A DNA stretch of 33,333 nucleotides from a virus (Duplodnaviria > Caudoviricetes). Every line of letters starts with the position of its first letter. Within the stretch, counting starts at the first letter, position 1. Of the stretch, positions 25,377 to 33,312 are shown piece by piece. The notes under the pieces are model-generated. The model did no database searches. It worked only from the letters and a program-made list of their open reading frames with translations, and had not been told where the DNA came from. The translations under genes and the position numbers were made by a program. The stretch spans positions 1 to 33,333 of IMG/VR virus record IMGVR_UViG_3300004258_000004. One strand, given 5' to 3'.

Positions 25377-27146
25377 ATGAAATTCTCCGACTTAGCTAAT
25401 GACGGTGATTACCTTGGCTTGCCACAGGCTGAACGTGCAAAAGTTGTTGAGCATCTAGCCAGTAAAGACCAGGACTTCCAGGGTCTTCCAGAAGAAGAGA
25501 AGATAAAGGTTCTCAATCATGTCGTGAGTTACAAGCCGCCCGTATCGCAGGAAGTTGCGCAAGAGCATCCAGCGCCACAAAAAGAAGGGGGCTTTGTTCA
25601 AGGCGTGAAGGATTTGGCTTTAGGCCAACTCACATCTGCACAGCGTATCTCTAGCACATTAATGACTCCAGTTAATAAGGCTATTGATTATTTTCAAGGT
25701 GACAATAGGGTAGGGATAGCCGAGCGCAATAGGGCAGATTTTGATAAAGCAGTTGCCGAAAATGCAGACCCCAATAGCGCCATGTTCAAGACAGGCAAGA
25801 TTACTGGCGACATAGGCTTCACTATGCCTTTGGGTGGCCTTGCTTCAAAGCCTGTCGCTGCCGTAGCGCCATATCTCGGAAGGTTGGCTCCTGCTGCTGG
25901 TCGTTTGGCAAGCTCAATCCAAAGCGGCGGGTTCTCATTAGGCAATACTGGCGGTAACGCGCTTGCCAATGCTGCTACGAGGGTATTAGGAGGCGCTGCT
26001 AATGGCTATGTTACTGCTGGAGCTGTTGACCCAGAGCAAGCAAATACTGGAGCTGTAATTGGTGGCGCACTCCCAATGGTGACAAAGCTTGCTGGATCAA
26101 CAGGTAATGCGTTCCGTAAAGTATTAGCCCCAAAAGATGAACAACTAGCATCAACCGCTATCAATAAGTACGAAATCCCCCTCGGTGTTTCAGACATAAC
26201 AGATAACAAAATGGTGAAGTCAGCACGCTCAATTCTTAATGATATGCCATTCATTGGAAGCATTGGCGGGAAGCAGAAGAATGCAGTTCAGGAGGGCTTT
26301 AATAAGGCCGTTGGCAAGACTTTTGGGGCTGATGCTACCAAGCTAACCCCTGAGGTTCTTGATTCATCTAAACAGCGCATGGGGTCAGAGTTTGATCGCA
26401 TATGGGGGCAAAACTCCATTAAGGTTGATAGTAAGCTGACTAGCGAGATTGACGCATTGCGCAAACAGGCAGGAAAACTACCAAGAAACGAGGGTGACAG
26501 CTTATTAGCTGAGATTGCCGACTTTGAAAGCAAAGCCTCTAATGGCCTTGTGCCAGGTGATGTTGCAAACAAATTCCAACAATACCTACGCCGCCGCGCC
26601 GAAAGCTCATCTGGGCTGAAGAATGAGCTTAATGATATGCGCCAGAGCGTGATTTCAGCATTCAACAGAAGCATTGCGCCAGAGGATGCCGCCGCGCTAA
26701 CACTTAACCGCGCTCAGTACAAAGCATATAAGACGGTAGAGCCTTTATTGAGCAAGGGCGAGGCTGGAGTTGCAGGGAGGGAGGCTGGAGATATTCCCGC
26801 TTCATTATTGCCTAATCAGGTAGCTAAAAGTTATGGGAATTATGTTTCAAGCTCGCCATTTGCAGACTTGTCCCAAATAGGCAGCAAGTATGTTGCTGAT
26901 CGTGTGGCCCAAACTGGCGGTAGCAACAGGGCATTATTGCAGAACAGTGCTATTGGCTCAGCTTTCGGGCTTGGTGCTTATGTCAACCCATTAACTGCTG
27001 CTGCTGGAGCTGGAAGTGCTGCATTAACAAATAAGGCGCTTGGCTCTCCCGCATTAGCTAGGAAGCTATTGGAAAGAAACCCTGGGTTCATGAAGCAATA
27101 TTTGCAGAACGCAGGACGGACTATTCCTGTATTGGCTACCGAATAA
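25377..27146 (+). CDS. DNA ejection protein (gp16 position)
   Basis: G/A-rich hydrophobic segments; third large gene of the ejection cluster. Confidence 0.7.
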   Translation: MKFSDLANDGDYLGLPQAERAKVVEHLASKDQDFQGLPEEEKIKVLNHVVSYKPPVSQEVAQEHPAPQKEGGFVQGVKDLALGQLTSAQRISSTLMTPVNKAIDYFQGDNRVGIAERNRADFDKAVAENADPNSAMFKTGKITGDIGFTMPLGGLASKPVAAVAPYLGRLAPAAGRLASSIQSGGFSLGNTGGNALANAATRVLGGAANGYVTAGAVDPEQANTGAVIGGALPMVTKLAGSTGNAFRKVLAPKDEQLASTAINKYEIPLGVSDITDNKMVKSARSILNDMPFIGSIGGKQKNAVQEGFNKAVGKTFGADATKLTPEVLDSSKQRMGSEFDRIWGQNSIKVDSKLTSEIDALRKQAGKLPRNEGDSLLAEIADFESKASNGLVPGDVANKFQQYLRRRAESSSGLKNELNDMRQSVISAFNRSIAPEDAAALTLNRAQYKAYKTVEPLLSKGEAGVAGREAGDIPASLLPNQVAKSYGNYVSSSPFADLSQIGSKYVADRVAQTGGSNRALLQNSAIGSAFGLGAYVNPLTAAAGAGSAALTNKALGSPALARKLLERNPGFMKQYLQNAGRTIPVLATE

Positions 27147-27222
27147 ACCCGAATAGGCCAGCAAGGAATGCCGCAATAACTATCACCAAAGCCTTGATAA
27201 GTAAGTAATCAGTAAATTCCAT
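27136..27222 (-). CDS. Antisense 28-aa single-TM peptide (not in ORF track)
   Basis: MEFTDYLLIKALVIVIAAFLAGLFGFIR; TATACT 7 nt upstream of the ATG. Confidence 0.7.
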   Translation of the reverse strand: MEFTDYLLIKALVIVIAAFLAGLFGFIR

Positions 27223-27236
27223 TTTTGTAAGTATAC

Positions 27237-27258
27237 ACCCGCTTAGAGCGGGTTTTTT
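27237..27258 (+). terminator. Intrinsic terminator
   Basis: ACCCGC/GCGGGT followed by a T-run. Confidence 0.8.
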
Positions 27259-27278
27259 CATTTCTAAGGGTCAATATT

Positions 27279-28652
27279 ATGGCTTTAGTAAAACTTTGCC
27301 CAATTCTGCAAGAGTCACAGTTCGACAATAATGGTGATTTCCTTAGTGGCGGGCTAATCCAGACCGTTCTAGCAGGAACGTCTACCGATGCCGCAACATA
27401 TACCGATTCTACTGGCATCCCAAATCATACAAACCCAATTGAATTAAACCCTCGCGGAGAGCCGCCTTCAGAGATATGGCTAGCGAATGGCATTGCGTAC
27501 GACCTTATATTAAAAGATGCCAACGGAAACGTCATCAGGACTTTCCCAAACATAATCGGGGTTAACCAAGTTAATGTAACTATCAGCCAGTGGCAGGACT
27601 ACGGAGATATTGCAACTTATATTGGCACAAATCAATTTAGCGTCCCAGGCGACAGGACTTCAGACTACACAATAAATCGCAGGGTGAAGGCCGCTGTTAG
27701 CGCTGGGGATAGGTATGGTTATATTTCGGCGTCAGTCTTTGGCGCTTCAACCCTGGTCACATTAGCTCTTGACAGCGGGGTTCTCGACGTTGGGCTGAAT
27801 TCTGTAGAACTCGGCTTATTGACCCCAGACAACACTTCATATCCCAATACAATTGCAGAATCTGGTGCTAACAGCGACATTACATCAATGAGCGCACTTC
27901 AAACGCTGACGGCTGCTACCGTTACGCTAGATCAGGCCAATGATCTGGTATATGTGCAAGATCAGAGTGACTCAAATAAGTTAAAAGTGGTATTGGCTTC
28001 AAGTCTTGGCGTACAGGTCGGAGATTTTGTATTCAACAGCGGAGTAGCTAATCGCACAGGCTGCTTACTAGTCCCTGTGGCGCAGACAAATATATCAAGA
28101 ACGACTTATGCTGCATTATGGGCGGCATTACACAAAGAGTCTGTGGCAACAATTACGATAGCCAGCCCCGGCGTTGTCACATGGACTGCCCATGGTCTTG
28201 TCAATGACAATCCAATTGCTTTTTCTACTACCGGCGCACTGCCTACCGGACTGGTAGCGAATACCACTTATTACATCGTTAATGCTTTAACCAATACATT
28301 CCAGCTATCAGCAACCGTAGGCGGCGCGGCAATCAATACATCAGGTAGCCAATCTGGTGTGCATACCGCTTATTACGCGCCTTGGGGTGTTGGTGATGGA
28401 TCAACCACGTTCGGAATGCCTTGGTTCCCTGCTGATTACACAATCTCTCACGGCACGTCTGCTACGTTGGGCGTTAACACTACTGGTACAGGTAAGAATC
28501 AGTCTGGCACTGCTGGAACTTTCACACTCTCAGGCGCAAATGGCGCTTCTGTTTATGTCGCTAACGGCCCAACTGAGGCTGTAAGCACCACGCCTTCGAC
28601 TGGCACCAATTTGCCTGCTGCTGCCAGAGCCAATATATGGGTTAAATACTAG
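27279..28652 (+). CDS. Tail fibre with N-terminal virion-binding domain and tail-collar-like domain
   Basis: QFDNNG..L.GG.I....AGT...TYTD..G...NPI.LN.RGE N-terminus; SGANSDITS; ISRTTYAAL...GDGSTTF collar motifs. Confidence 0.88.
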   Translation: MALVKLCPILQESQFDNNGDFLSGGLIQTVLAGTSTDAATYTDSTGIPNHTNPIELNPRGEPPSEIWLANGIAYDLILKDANGNVIRTFPNIIGVNQVNVTISQWQDYGDIATYIGTNQFSVPGDRTSDYTINRRVKAAVSAGDRYGYISASVFGASTLVTLALDSGVLDVGLNSVELGLLTPDNTSYPNTIAESGANSDITSMSALQTLTAATVTLDQANDLVYVQDQSDSNKLKVVLASSLGVQVGDFVFNSGVANRTGCLLVPVAQTNISRTTYAALWAALHKESVATITIASPGVVTWTAHGLVNDNPIAFSTTGALPTGLVANTTYYIVNALTNTFQLSATVGGAAINTSGSQSGVHTAYYAPWGVGDGSTTFGMPWFPADYTISHGTSATLGVNTTGTGKNQSGTAGTFTLSGANGASVYVANGPTEAVSTTPSTGTNLPAAARANIWVKY

Positions 28653-28660
28653 GAATTATC

Positions 28661-29176
28661 ATGAAGACATTTTACTTGTTTGATGAAATAACCAAAGAGT
28701 GCTTAGGCACATATGACGCTCAGGAATCGCCGCTTGAAGATGGCGTGTATATCGCCCCGAACTGCTCAACTGATATTGAGCCAAATATCGTTGAAGAAGG
28801 TAAATACAACTACTGGAATGATAGTAATTGGGAATTGAAAGATGACACTCGCGGCATCTGGTATAAAGCTGACGGTTCAACAGTTAAAGTCGCAAGCCTT
28901 CTGGATGAAATAGATACATCTTGGTCAAGAGTAAAGCCTGAGCCTACTAATGAGCAGAAAATTTCACTTCTAAAGTCTCAGATATTGGATATTGAATACA
29001 GGGCCATCATGCCTCGTGGCGCTAGAGAAGCATTCATTGTGCTATGCCAACAACAAGGAGCTGCTGCCGGGCTTTCTGAGCCGCAGCTTTATGCTGCCAA
29101 TCCATTCTATCGCGGGCTGAAAGATACAGATGCAATTGCTGCTGATTTGCGTGCACAGATCAAGGCGCTGTCATGA
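28661..29176 (+). CDS. Tail fibre assembly chaperone
   Basis: FYLFD..T.E.LG...A..SPLE.GVY..P...T..EP...W....D.RG Tfa-like N-terminus. Confidence 0.8.
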   Translation: MKTFYLFDEITKECLGTYDAQESPLEDGVYIAPNCSTDIEPNIVEEGKYNYWNDSNWELKDDTRGIWYKADGSTVKVASLLDEIDTSWSRVKPEPTNEQKISLLKSQILDIEYRAIMPRGAREAFIVLCQQQGAAAGLSEPQLYAANPFYRGLKDTDAIAADLRAQIKALS

Positions 29177-29454
29177 TCTGGCTATTCAACCCCATTACCT
29201 TGCTTGTTGTTTACATCGCCTATACCAGGCTGCCGAAAAATAGCCTGTCTTATTACACAGTGATGGTGATCGGTGCTGTCATTGATTGTGTGGTCAACAT
29301 AACTTGGTTCAGTTTGATCTATTGGGATATCCCGAAAGAATGGCTACTGACTCAGCGCACAGAGAGACTAAAGTCTGCATCAGGATATCGCGGCAAGCTG
29401 GCTAACCTAATCTGCAAGCTGCTCAACTACTTTGAGCCTGGACACTGCAAATGA
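29173..29454 (+). CDS. Small membrane protein
   Basis: Hydrophobic segments; D..VN.T....I.WD.PKEWL.T.R...IC.LL..F.PGHC. Confidence 0.75.
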   Translation: MIWLFNPITLLVVYIAYTRLPKNSLSYYTVMVIGAVIDCVVNITWFSLIYWDIPKEWLLTQRTERLKSASGYRGKLANLICKLLNYFEPGHCK

Positions 29455-29660
29455 TATGGCTATGGCTAGGTATGTGGTTCCCAACACTGATCGGCATTCT
29501 CACCATCATCCAATGGGTGCGCCCAGGCAAGCCGCCAACCGATGCAAGCAACATTATCAACCGCATCCGGCTATGGTGGTTTGCGCTGACAAGACAGGAA
29601 ATGTTTGTGCCTGTATGCCCGTGGCTCAATCATGACGAGTTAGACAACGTAAAGAAGTAA
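29451..29660 (+). CDS. Small membrane protein
   Basis: Hydrophobic N-terminus; start overlaps the previous stop. Confidence 0.65.
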   Translation: MIWLWLGMWFPTLIGILTIIQWVRPGKPPTDASNIINRIRLWWFALTRQEMFVPVCPWLNHDELDNVKK

Positions 29661-29662
29661 AA

Positions 29663-29753
29663 GAGAGCGACCAGCATCATGCTATCAACATGCTGCCAGC
29701 CGCTTACCCACAACCGTACTGTGAGCTTGCCGAGGCTCTCCCGCCACTAGCGG
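29663..29753 (+). ncRNA. Putative structured RNA upstream of the lysis genes
   Basis: GAGAGC/GCTCTC enclosing CAGCAT/ATGCTG and CACA/TGTG hairpins, then a CCGC/GCGG hairpin. Confidence 0.5.
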
Positions 29754-29807
29754 CGATTGCACCTTAGCACCTATTTCCAAAGCTCGCAATTATTTGGAAA
29801 CCAGCAA

Positions 29808-30008
29808 ATGAATAAATACGCCTCTCGCAGATTCCTGCTTGCGTCCCTATCCGTGATATTAAGCGCTGTTCTTCTTTGGTACGGGAAGATATCAGCAGAT
29901 AACTTTACTGACCTAGCCAAGTGGTCCATTGGATTATATCTAGCCGCTAACACAGCCCAGAAGGTCAAGGGAACCGCAACCACTTTCACGGAAATTCAAA
30001 ATGGATAA
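29808..30008 (+). CDS. Holin-like 2-TM membrane protein
   Basis: MNKYASRRFLLASLSVILSAVLLWYGKIS...GLYLAAN..QK; upstream of the endolysin. Confidence 0.6.
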   Translation: MNKYASRRFLLASLSVILSAVLLWYGKISADNFTDLAKWSIGLYLAANTAQKVKGTATTFTEIQNG

Positions 30009-30288
30009 GTCAGAAGCCGCGCAAACTATTGCAGACGTAGGCACTAAGATTCAGTACACAGGCTCTGGTATGGCTGTCGGGCTTGCCTTCCTCAATACCA
30101 ATGCAGCCGCTTTAGGTGTGCTGATTGGCCTAGTCGGGCTATTGGTTAATATCTTCTTCAAGTTCAGGCGCGAAGCGATAGACCGCAAGGAGCGCCAAGA
30201 CCTCATAGATAACCTTTCTATCCATCGCAAAGGTGACATTCCAGACGCATTAGAGAAGCTATCACATGAACAACGCGACGAAGATTAG
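30001..30288 (+). CDS. Holin
   Basis: K..YTGSG.AV...GVLIGLVGLLVNIFFK with a charged tail, directly before the lysozyme. Confidence 0.7.
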   Translation: MDKSEAAQTIADVGTKIQYTGSGMAVGLAFLNTNAAALGVLIGLVGLLVNIFFKFRREAIDRKERQDLIDNLSIHRKGDIPDALEKLSHEQRDED

Positions 30289-30709
30289 TTTATCCGCAGT
30301 CGGGCTTGTCATGATAGCCATGCTAGAGAGCTATTCGCCAACTCCTTATAAGGACGGTGGTGGCGTAGTCACTAATGGCTTTGGCAATACTCACAATGCC
30401 AATAAGCCAGTTACCGTTCCTCAAGCCCTAGACCAACTCCAACGCAACGCATCAGAAGCCGGACAAGCTGTAACGCGATGCATCACCTCACCACTTAACC
30501 AGAATGAATACGATGCTCTGGTGAGCTTCACCTTTAACGTAGGCCAATCCGCTTTCTGCAAATCCACCCTAGTCAAGAAGTTTAATGCCGGCGATCACAC
30601 AGCCGGATGCAATGAGCTATCCAAGTGGGTATATGACAATGGCACGAAGGTTAGAGGATTAGCGATACGACGAGAAAAGGAACGCGCTCTGTGCCTATCA
30701 AATACATAG
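30266..30709 (+). CDS. Endolysin, GH24 lysozyme (possible SAR type)
   Basis: E-x8-D-x5-T (ESYSPTPYKDGGGVVT), DALVSFTFNVG, GL..RR..E; weakly hydrophobic N-terminus. Confidence 0.95.
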   Translation: MNNATKISLSAVGLVMIAMLESYSPTPYKDGGGVVTNGFGNTHNANKPVTVPQALDQLQRNASEAGQAVTRCITSPLNQNEYDALVSFTFNVGQSAFCKSTLVKKFNAGDHTAGCNELSKWVYDNGTKVRGLAIRREKERALCLSNT

Positions 30710-31038
30710 CCGCATTAGCGGCTTTTTTGTGCCTGATGTATGGAAGCTTCTATGTAGGACAGCGATTAGAGCGCACAAGCTGGCTAGAGCGCGATAAGTC
30801 AATAGCTGATGCTAAGGCCGCAATGGTAGACGCTTTCCGTGAAGGGGAGGACAGGCAAGCCAAAACGCTCGAGGAAACTCTTAAAAAGCTCAAGGCCAAC
30901 GAAAGGATTATCAACAATGAAACCATCAAGCTTATTGACCGCCCTGTTTATAACAATGTGTGCCTTGATGCTGACGGCCTGCGCCTCATTGAAGCAGCCA
31001 GAGCGGGTAGCACCGATACAAGCAAACCTACTCACTAA
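30691..31038 (+). CDS. i-spanin (Rz-like)
   Basis: N-terminal TM, coiled coil, C-terminal PVY..VCLDADGL. Confidence 0.8.
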   Translation: MPIKYIAALAAFLCLMYGSFYVGQRLERTSWLERDKSIADAKAAMVDAFREGEDRQAKTLEETLKKLKANERIINNETIKLIDRPVYNNVCLDADGLRLIEAARAGSTDTSKPTH

Positions 31039-31192
31039 ATGTGACGAGCTACCAAAGCACGAAGGCACAACTGGCGGCATGTTGCTCATCACGCTAACCA
31101 GATGGGCTACGCAATACAACGAGTGCGCTGCAAGGCATAACGGGCTTGTTGATGCAGTACGGGAAGAAACCCCTCTTAAACTAAAGGACTAA
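30917..31192 (+). CDS. o-spanin (Rz1-like lipoprotein)
   Basis: Overlaps Rz in another frame; lipobox LTAC; C..LP...Y.ECAARH. Confidence 0.8.
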   Translation: MKPSSLLTALFITMCALMLTACASLKQPERVAPIQANLLTKCDELPKHEGTTGGMLLITLTRWATQYNECAARHNGLVDAVREETPLKLKD

Positions 31193-31193
31193 C

Positions 31194-32357
31194 GTGCCTA
31201 AACTTGACGAAGGTTTAAAGCAGTTTGCAACAGAGATTCAATGCTTATACATTGATGCGGTTAATAAGTACGGCTCTAACAACAAGGCGGCGAAAGCTCT
31301 CGGTAAAGGCAGGCGCACATTAGACCAGTCTATAGAGGCGCTAATGAGGGCAGCCGCTAAGAAAGGCTACTCGCCCAAGCATGACATGGTGCATACGGTT
31401 CCAGAGCCGTTCGTGGTTAAGGGAATATCAACTTACTATAATCGCGATGGGGTCGCCAGTGGGCAATGGGTCAAGACCACACTTGACGAGCAATTAAAAG
31501 CAGAGGCCATACGCGAATCATTCATTGCTATGGCGGATGACTTGCCTAGACTTGAGCCAGTGCAGCGACCGCTAATCACTAATGACAAATTATGCAATCT
31601 GTTTACCATCACGGATTTCCACATGGGCATGCTAGCCAATGAAAAAGAGAGCGGTGCAGATTGGGATCTGAAAATAGCAGAGGCAACATTAACAAGCTGC
31701 TTTGAGCAAATGATACTGTCCACGCCACAAGCTAAAACGGCGTTCGTTAATCAGCTAGGCGACTTTTTACACAGTGACGGCATCATGCCAGTGACACCGA
31801 CAAGCGGTCATATTGTTGACCAAGATGGCAGGTTTGCCAAAATAGTCACGGTTGCATTGAGAGTATTACGCCGTGTCATCGACATAGCTTTAATGCGCCA
31901 TGAGAATGTAGTAGTGCTAATGGCAGAAGGCAATCACGACATTACATCAAGTATCTGGTTAAGGGTAATGTTCAAGGCGCTGTACGAAAACGAGCCTAGA
32001 GTGCAGGTAATAGATTCTGAGCTACCTTATTACCAATATCAGCACGGCAAGACTATGCTTGCTTTCCATCATGGGCATTTATCTAAAAACGATTCATTGC
32101 CGTTATTGTTTGCCTCGCAATTTCCTAAAGTATGGGGTGATACCACTAAGCGCTATTGCCACACAGGACATAGGCATCATGTAGAGGAAAAAGAGCATAG
32201 CGGCATGAAGGTTATCCAGCATTCAACATTAGCGGCTAGGGATGCATATGCTTCAAGAGGCGGGTGGATTTCAGAACGCGAAGCTACCGCGATTACATAT
32301 CACTCTGAATTTGGGCAAGTAGCCAGGAACACAGTTACGCCGGAGATGTTGACATGA
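31194..32357 (+). CDS. HTH + calcineurin-like metallophosphoesterase
   Basis: TDFHMG, LGDFLH, EGNHD, HHGH, TGHRHH motifs; N-terminal GSNNKAAKALG HTH. Confidence 0.88.
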   Translation: MPKLDEGLKQFATEIQCLYIDAVNKYGSNNKAAKALGKGRRTLDQSIEALMRAAAKKGYSPKHDMVHTVPEPFVVKGISTYYNRDGVASGQWVKTTLDEQLKAEAIRESFIAMADDLPRLEPVQRPLITNDKLCNLFTITDFHMGMLANEKESGADWDLKIAEATLTSCFEQMILSTPQAKTAFVNQLGDFLHSDGIMPVTPTSGHIVDQDGRFAKIVTVALRVLRRVIDIALMRHENVVVLMAEGNHDITSSIWLRVMFKALYENEPRVQVIDSELPYYQYQHGKTMLAFHHGHLSKNDSLPLLFASQFPKVWGDTTKRYCHTGHRHHVEEKEHSGMKVIQHSTLAARDAYASRGGWISEREATAITYHSEFGQVARNTVTPEMLT

Positions 32358-32533
32358 GCATCATCAAAGACCCAGAGAAAGCCCTACAAGCACTCATAGG
32401 CCGCCGCATAGAAGGCATAGAGATAGATACTGATGACGAGACTTGCACGCTAGTAGTTAGCGGTGGCAAGATACTGTTTGAAGGTGAGAGCTTAGAGCTG
32501 TACGTGGAAGTGGATGATGCTTTGGCGCATTAA
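32354..32533 (+). CDS. Small acidic protein, 59 aa (not in ORF track)
   Basis: MSIIKDPEKALQALIGRRIEGIEIDTDDETCTLVVSGGKILFEGESLELYVEVDDALAH; ATGA overlap and GGAG SD. Confidence 0.7.
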   Translation: MSIIKDPEKALQALIGRRIEGIEIDTDDETCTLVVSGGKILFEGESLELYVEVDDALAH

Positions 32534-32835
32534 TCTGAAACAATTATACATATTCCAGTGCCATCATTATAAGTAGAAATTATAGGCACGGCATAAGAAA
32601 CGTTGTCAGATGATTTTTTTGTTACGCTAACTATCTTTGGGCCATTTCTAAAATACTCTTTACCCTCTAGATAATAATTTTCAGCTAATTTCAAGACATT
32701 TTCAGTTTCTTCTAACTTTCCCCTAAGCATTAAAATCTCTGCAATAGCAGACTGCCTGAGCAAATAATCCTCTTCCGCCTTGCCCCCCAATGGAATAACT
32801 TTCCCATCGCCTTTTAACCTATCAACAATATCCAT
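32530..32835 (-). CDS. Hypothetical protein (AT-rich, antisense to late genes)
   Basis: GGAGG SD; MDIVDRLK start; convergent stop sharing TTAA with the 59-aa gene. Confidence 0.75.
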   Translation of the reverse strand: MDIVDRLKGDGKVIPLGGKAEEDYLLRQSAIAEILMLRGKLEETENVLKLAENYYLEGKEYFRNGPKIVSVTKKSSDNVSYAVPIISTYNDGTGICIIVSD

Positions 32836-33022
32836 CCCAATCCTCCAATATCAATAAACTGATTCTTATCCGCCACCCTGAAAAACATATCACTTTTTCA
32901 GGGTAATTAGTCGCCAAAGTTGCACTTATACGCATGTTTTAAGATTGTGAGTATAAGTTACCTATAAGTAATGATCGGCAGAATAATCGGCATATTTAGT
33001 AATATTATTACTGTTAGGTAAG

Positions 33023-33179
33023 TTGTGGTGGCAGGTGCTGATCTCCTGCTTCAAGGTTTCTCAAGGTTGGTGTTTTTAACGTGTGTCCGCTACACTGGCT
33101 TGATTTTTGGCATTGCCTTTTGCCTCTGTCAAAATCACCTTGATTTGTATTTGCGTATCAGCCTACGCATTCACCACAA
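33023..33179 (-). ncRNA. C4-like antisense RNA
   Basis: Minus strand TTGTGGTG-AA-TGCGTAGGCTGATACGCA...GCAGGAGATCAGCACCTGC-CACCACAA: closing stem plus two hairpins with complementary GCTGAT/ATCAGC loops, as recalled for C4-family RNAs. Confidence 0.75.
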
Positions 33180-33246
33180 GCAAGACTACTAGCGTTCAAT
33201 TTCCGTCGAACTATCCTCATATCGTCGAGGGTCAGCAGCCTTGCTT
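33178..33246 (-). ncRNA. Putative three-way-junction RNA abutting the C4-like RNA
   Basis: AAGCAAGGCTGCT/AGTAGTCTTGCTT stem with CCTC/GAGG and GTTCGA/TTGAAC arms; G-U pairs valid only on the minus strand. Confidence 0.55.
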
Positions 33247-33312
33247 CTAATGAATACCAATTACACGATAATTACACACTACTCCTATTTAAGCCTTATT
33301 TCAAGCCTTTCA

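Noticed and set aside
10228-31723. Many minus-strand ORFs of 60-130 aa inside the late operon
   Set aside because: They overlap well-supported plus-strand genes and show no recognisable motifs
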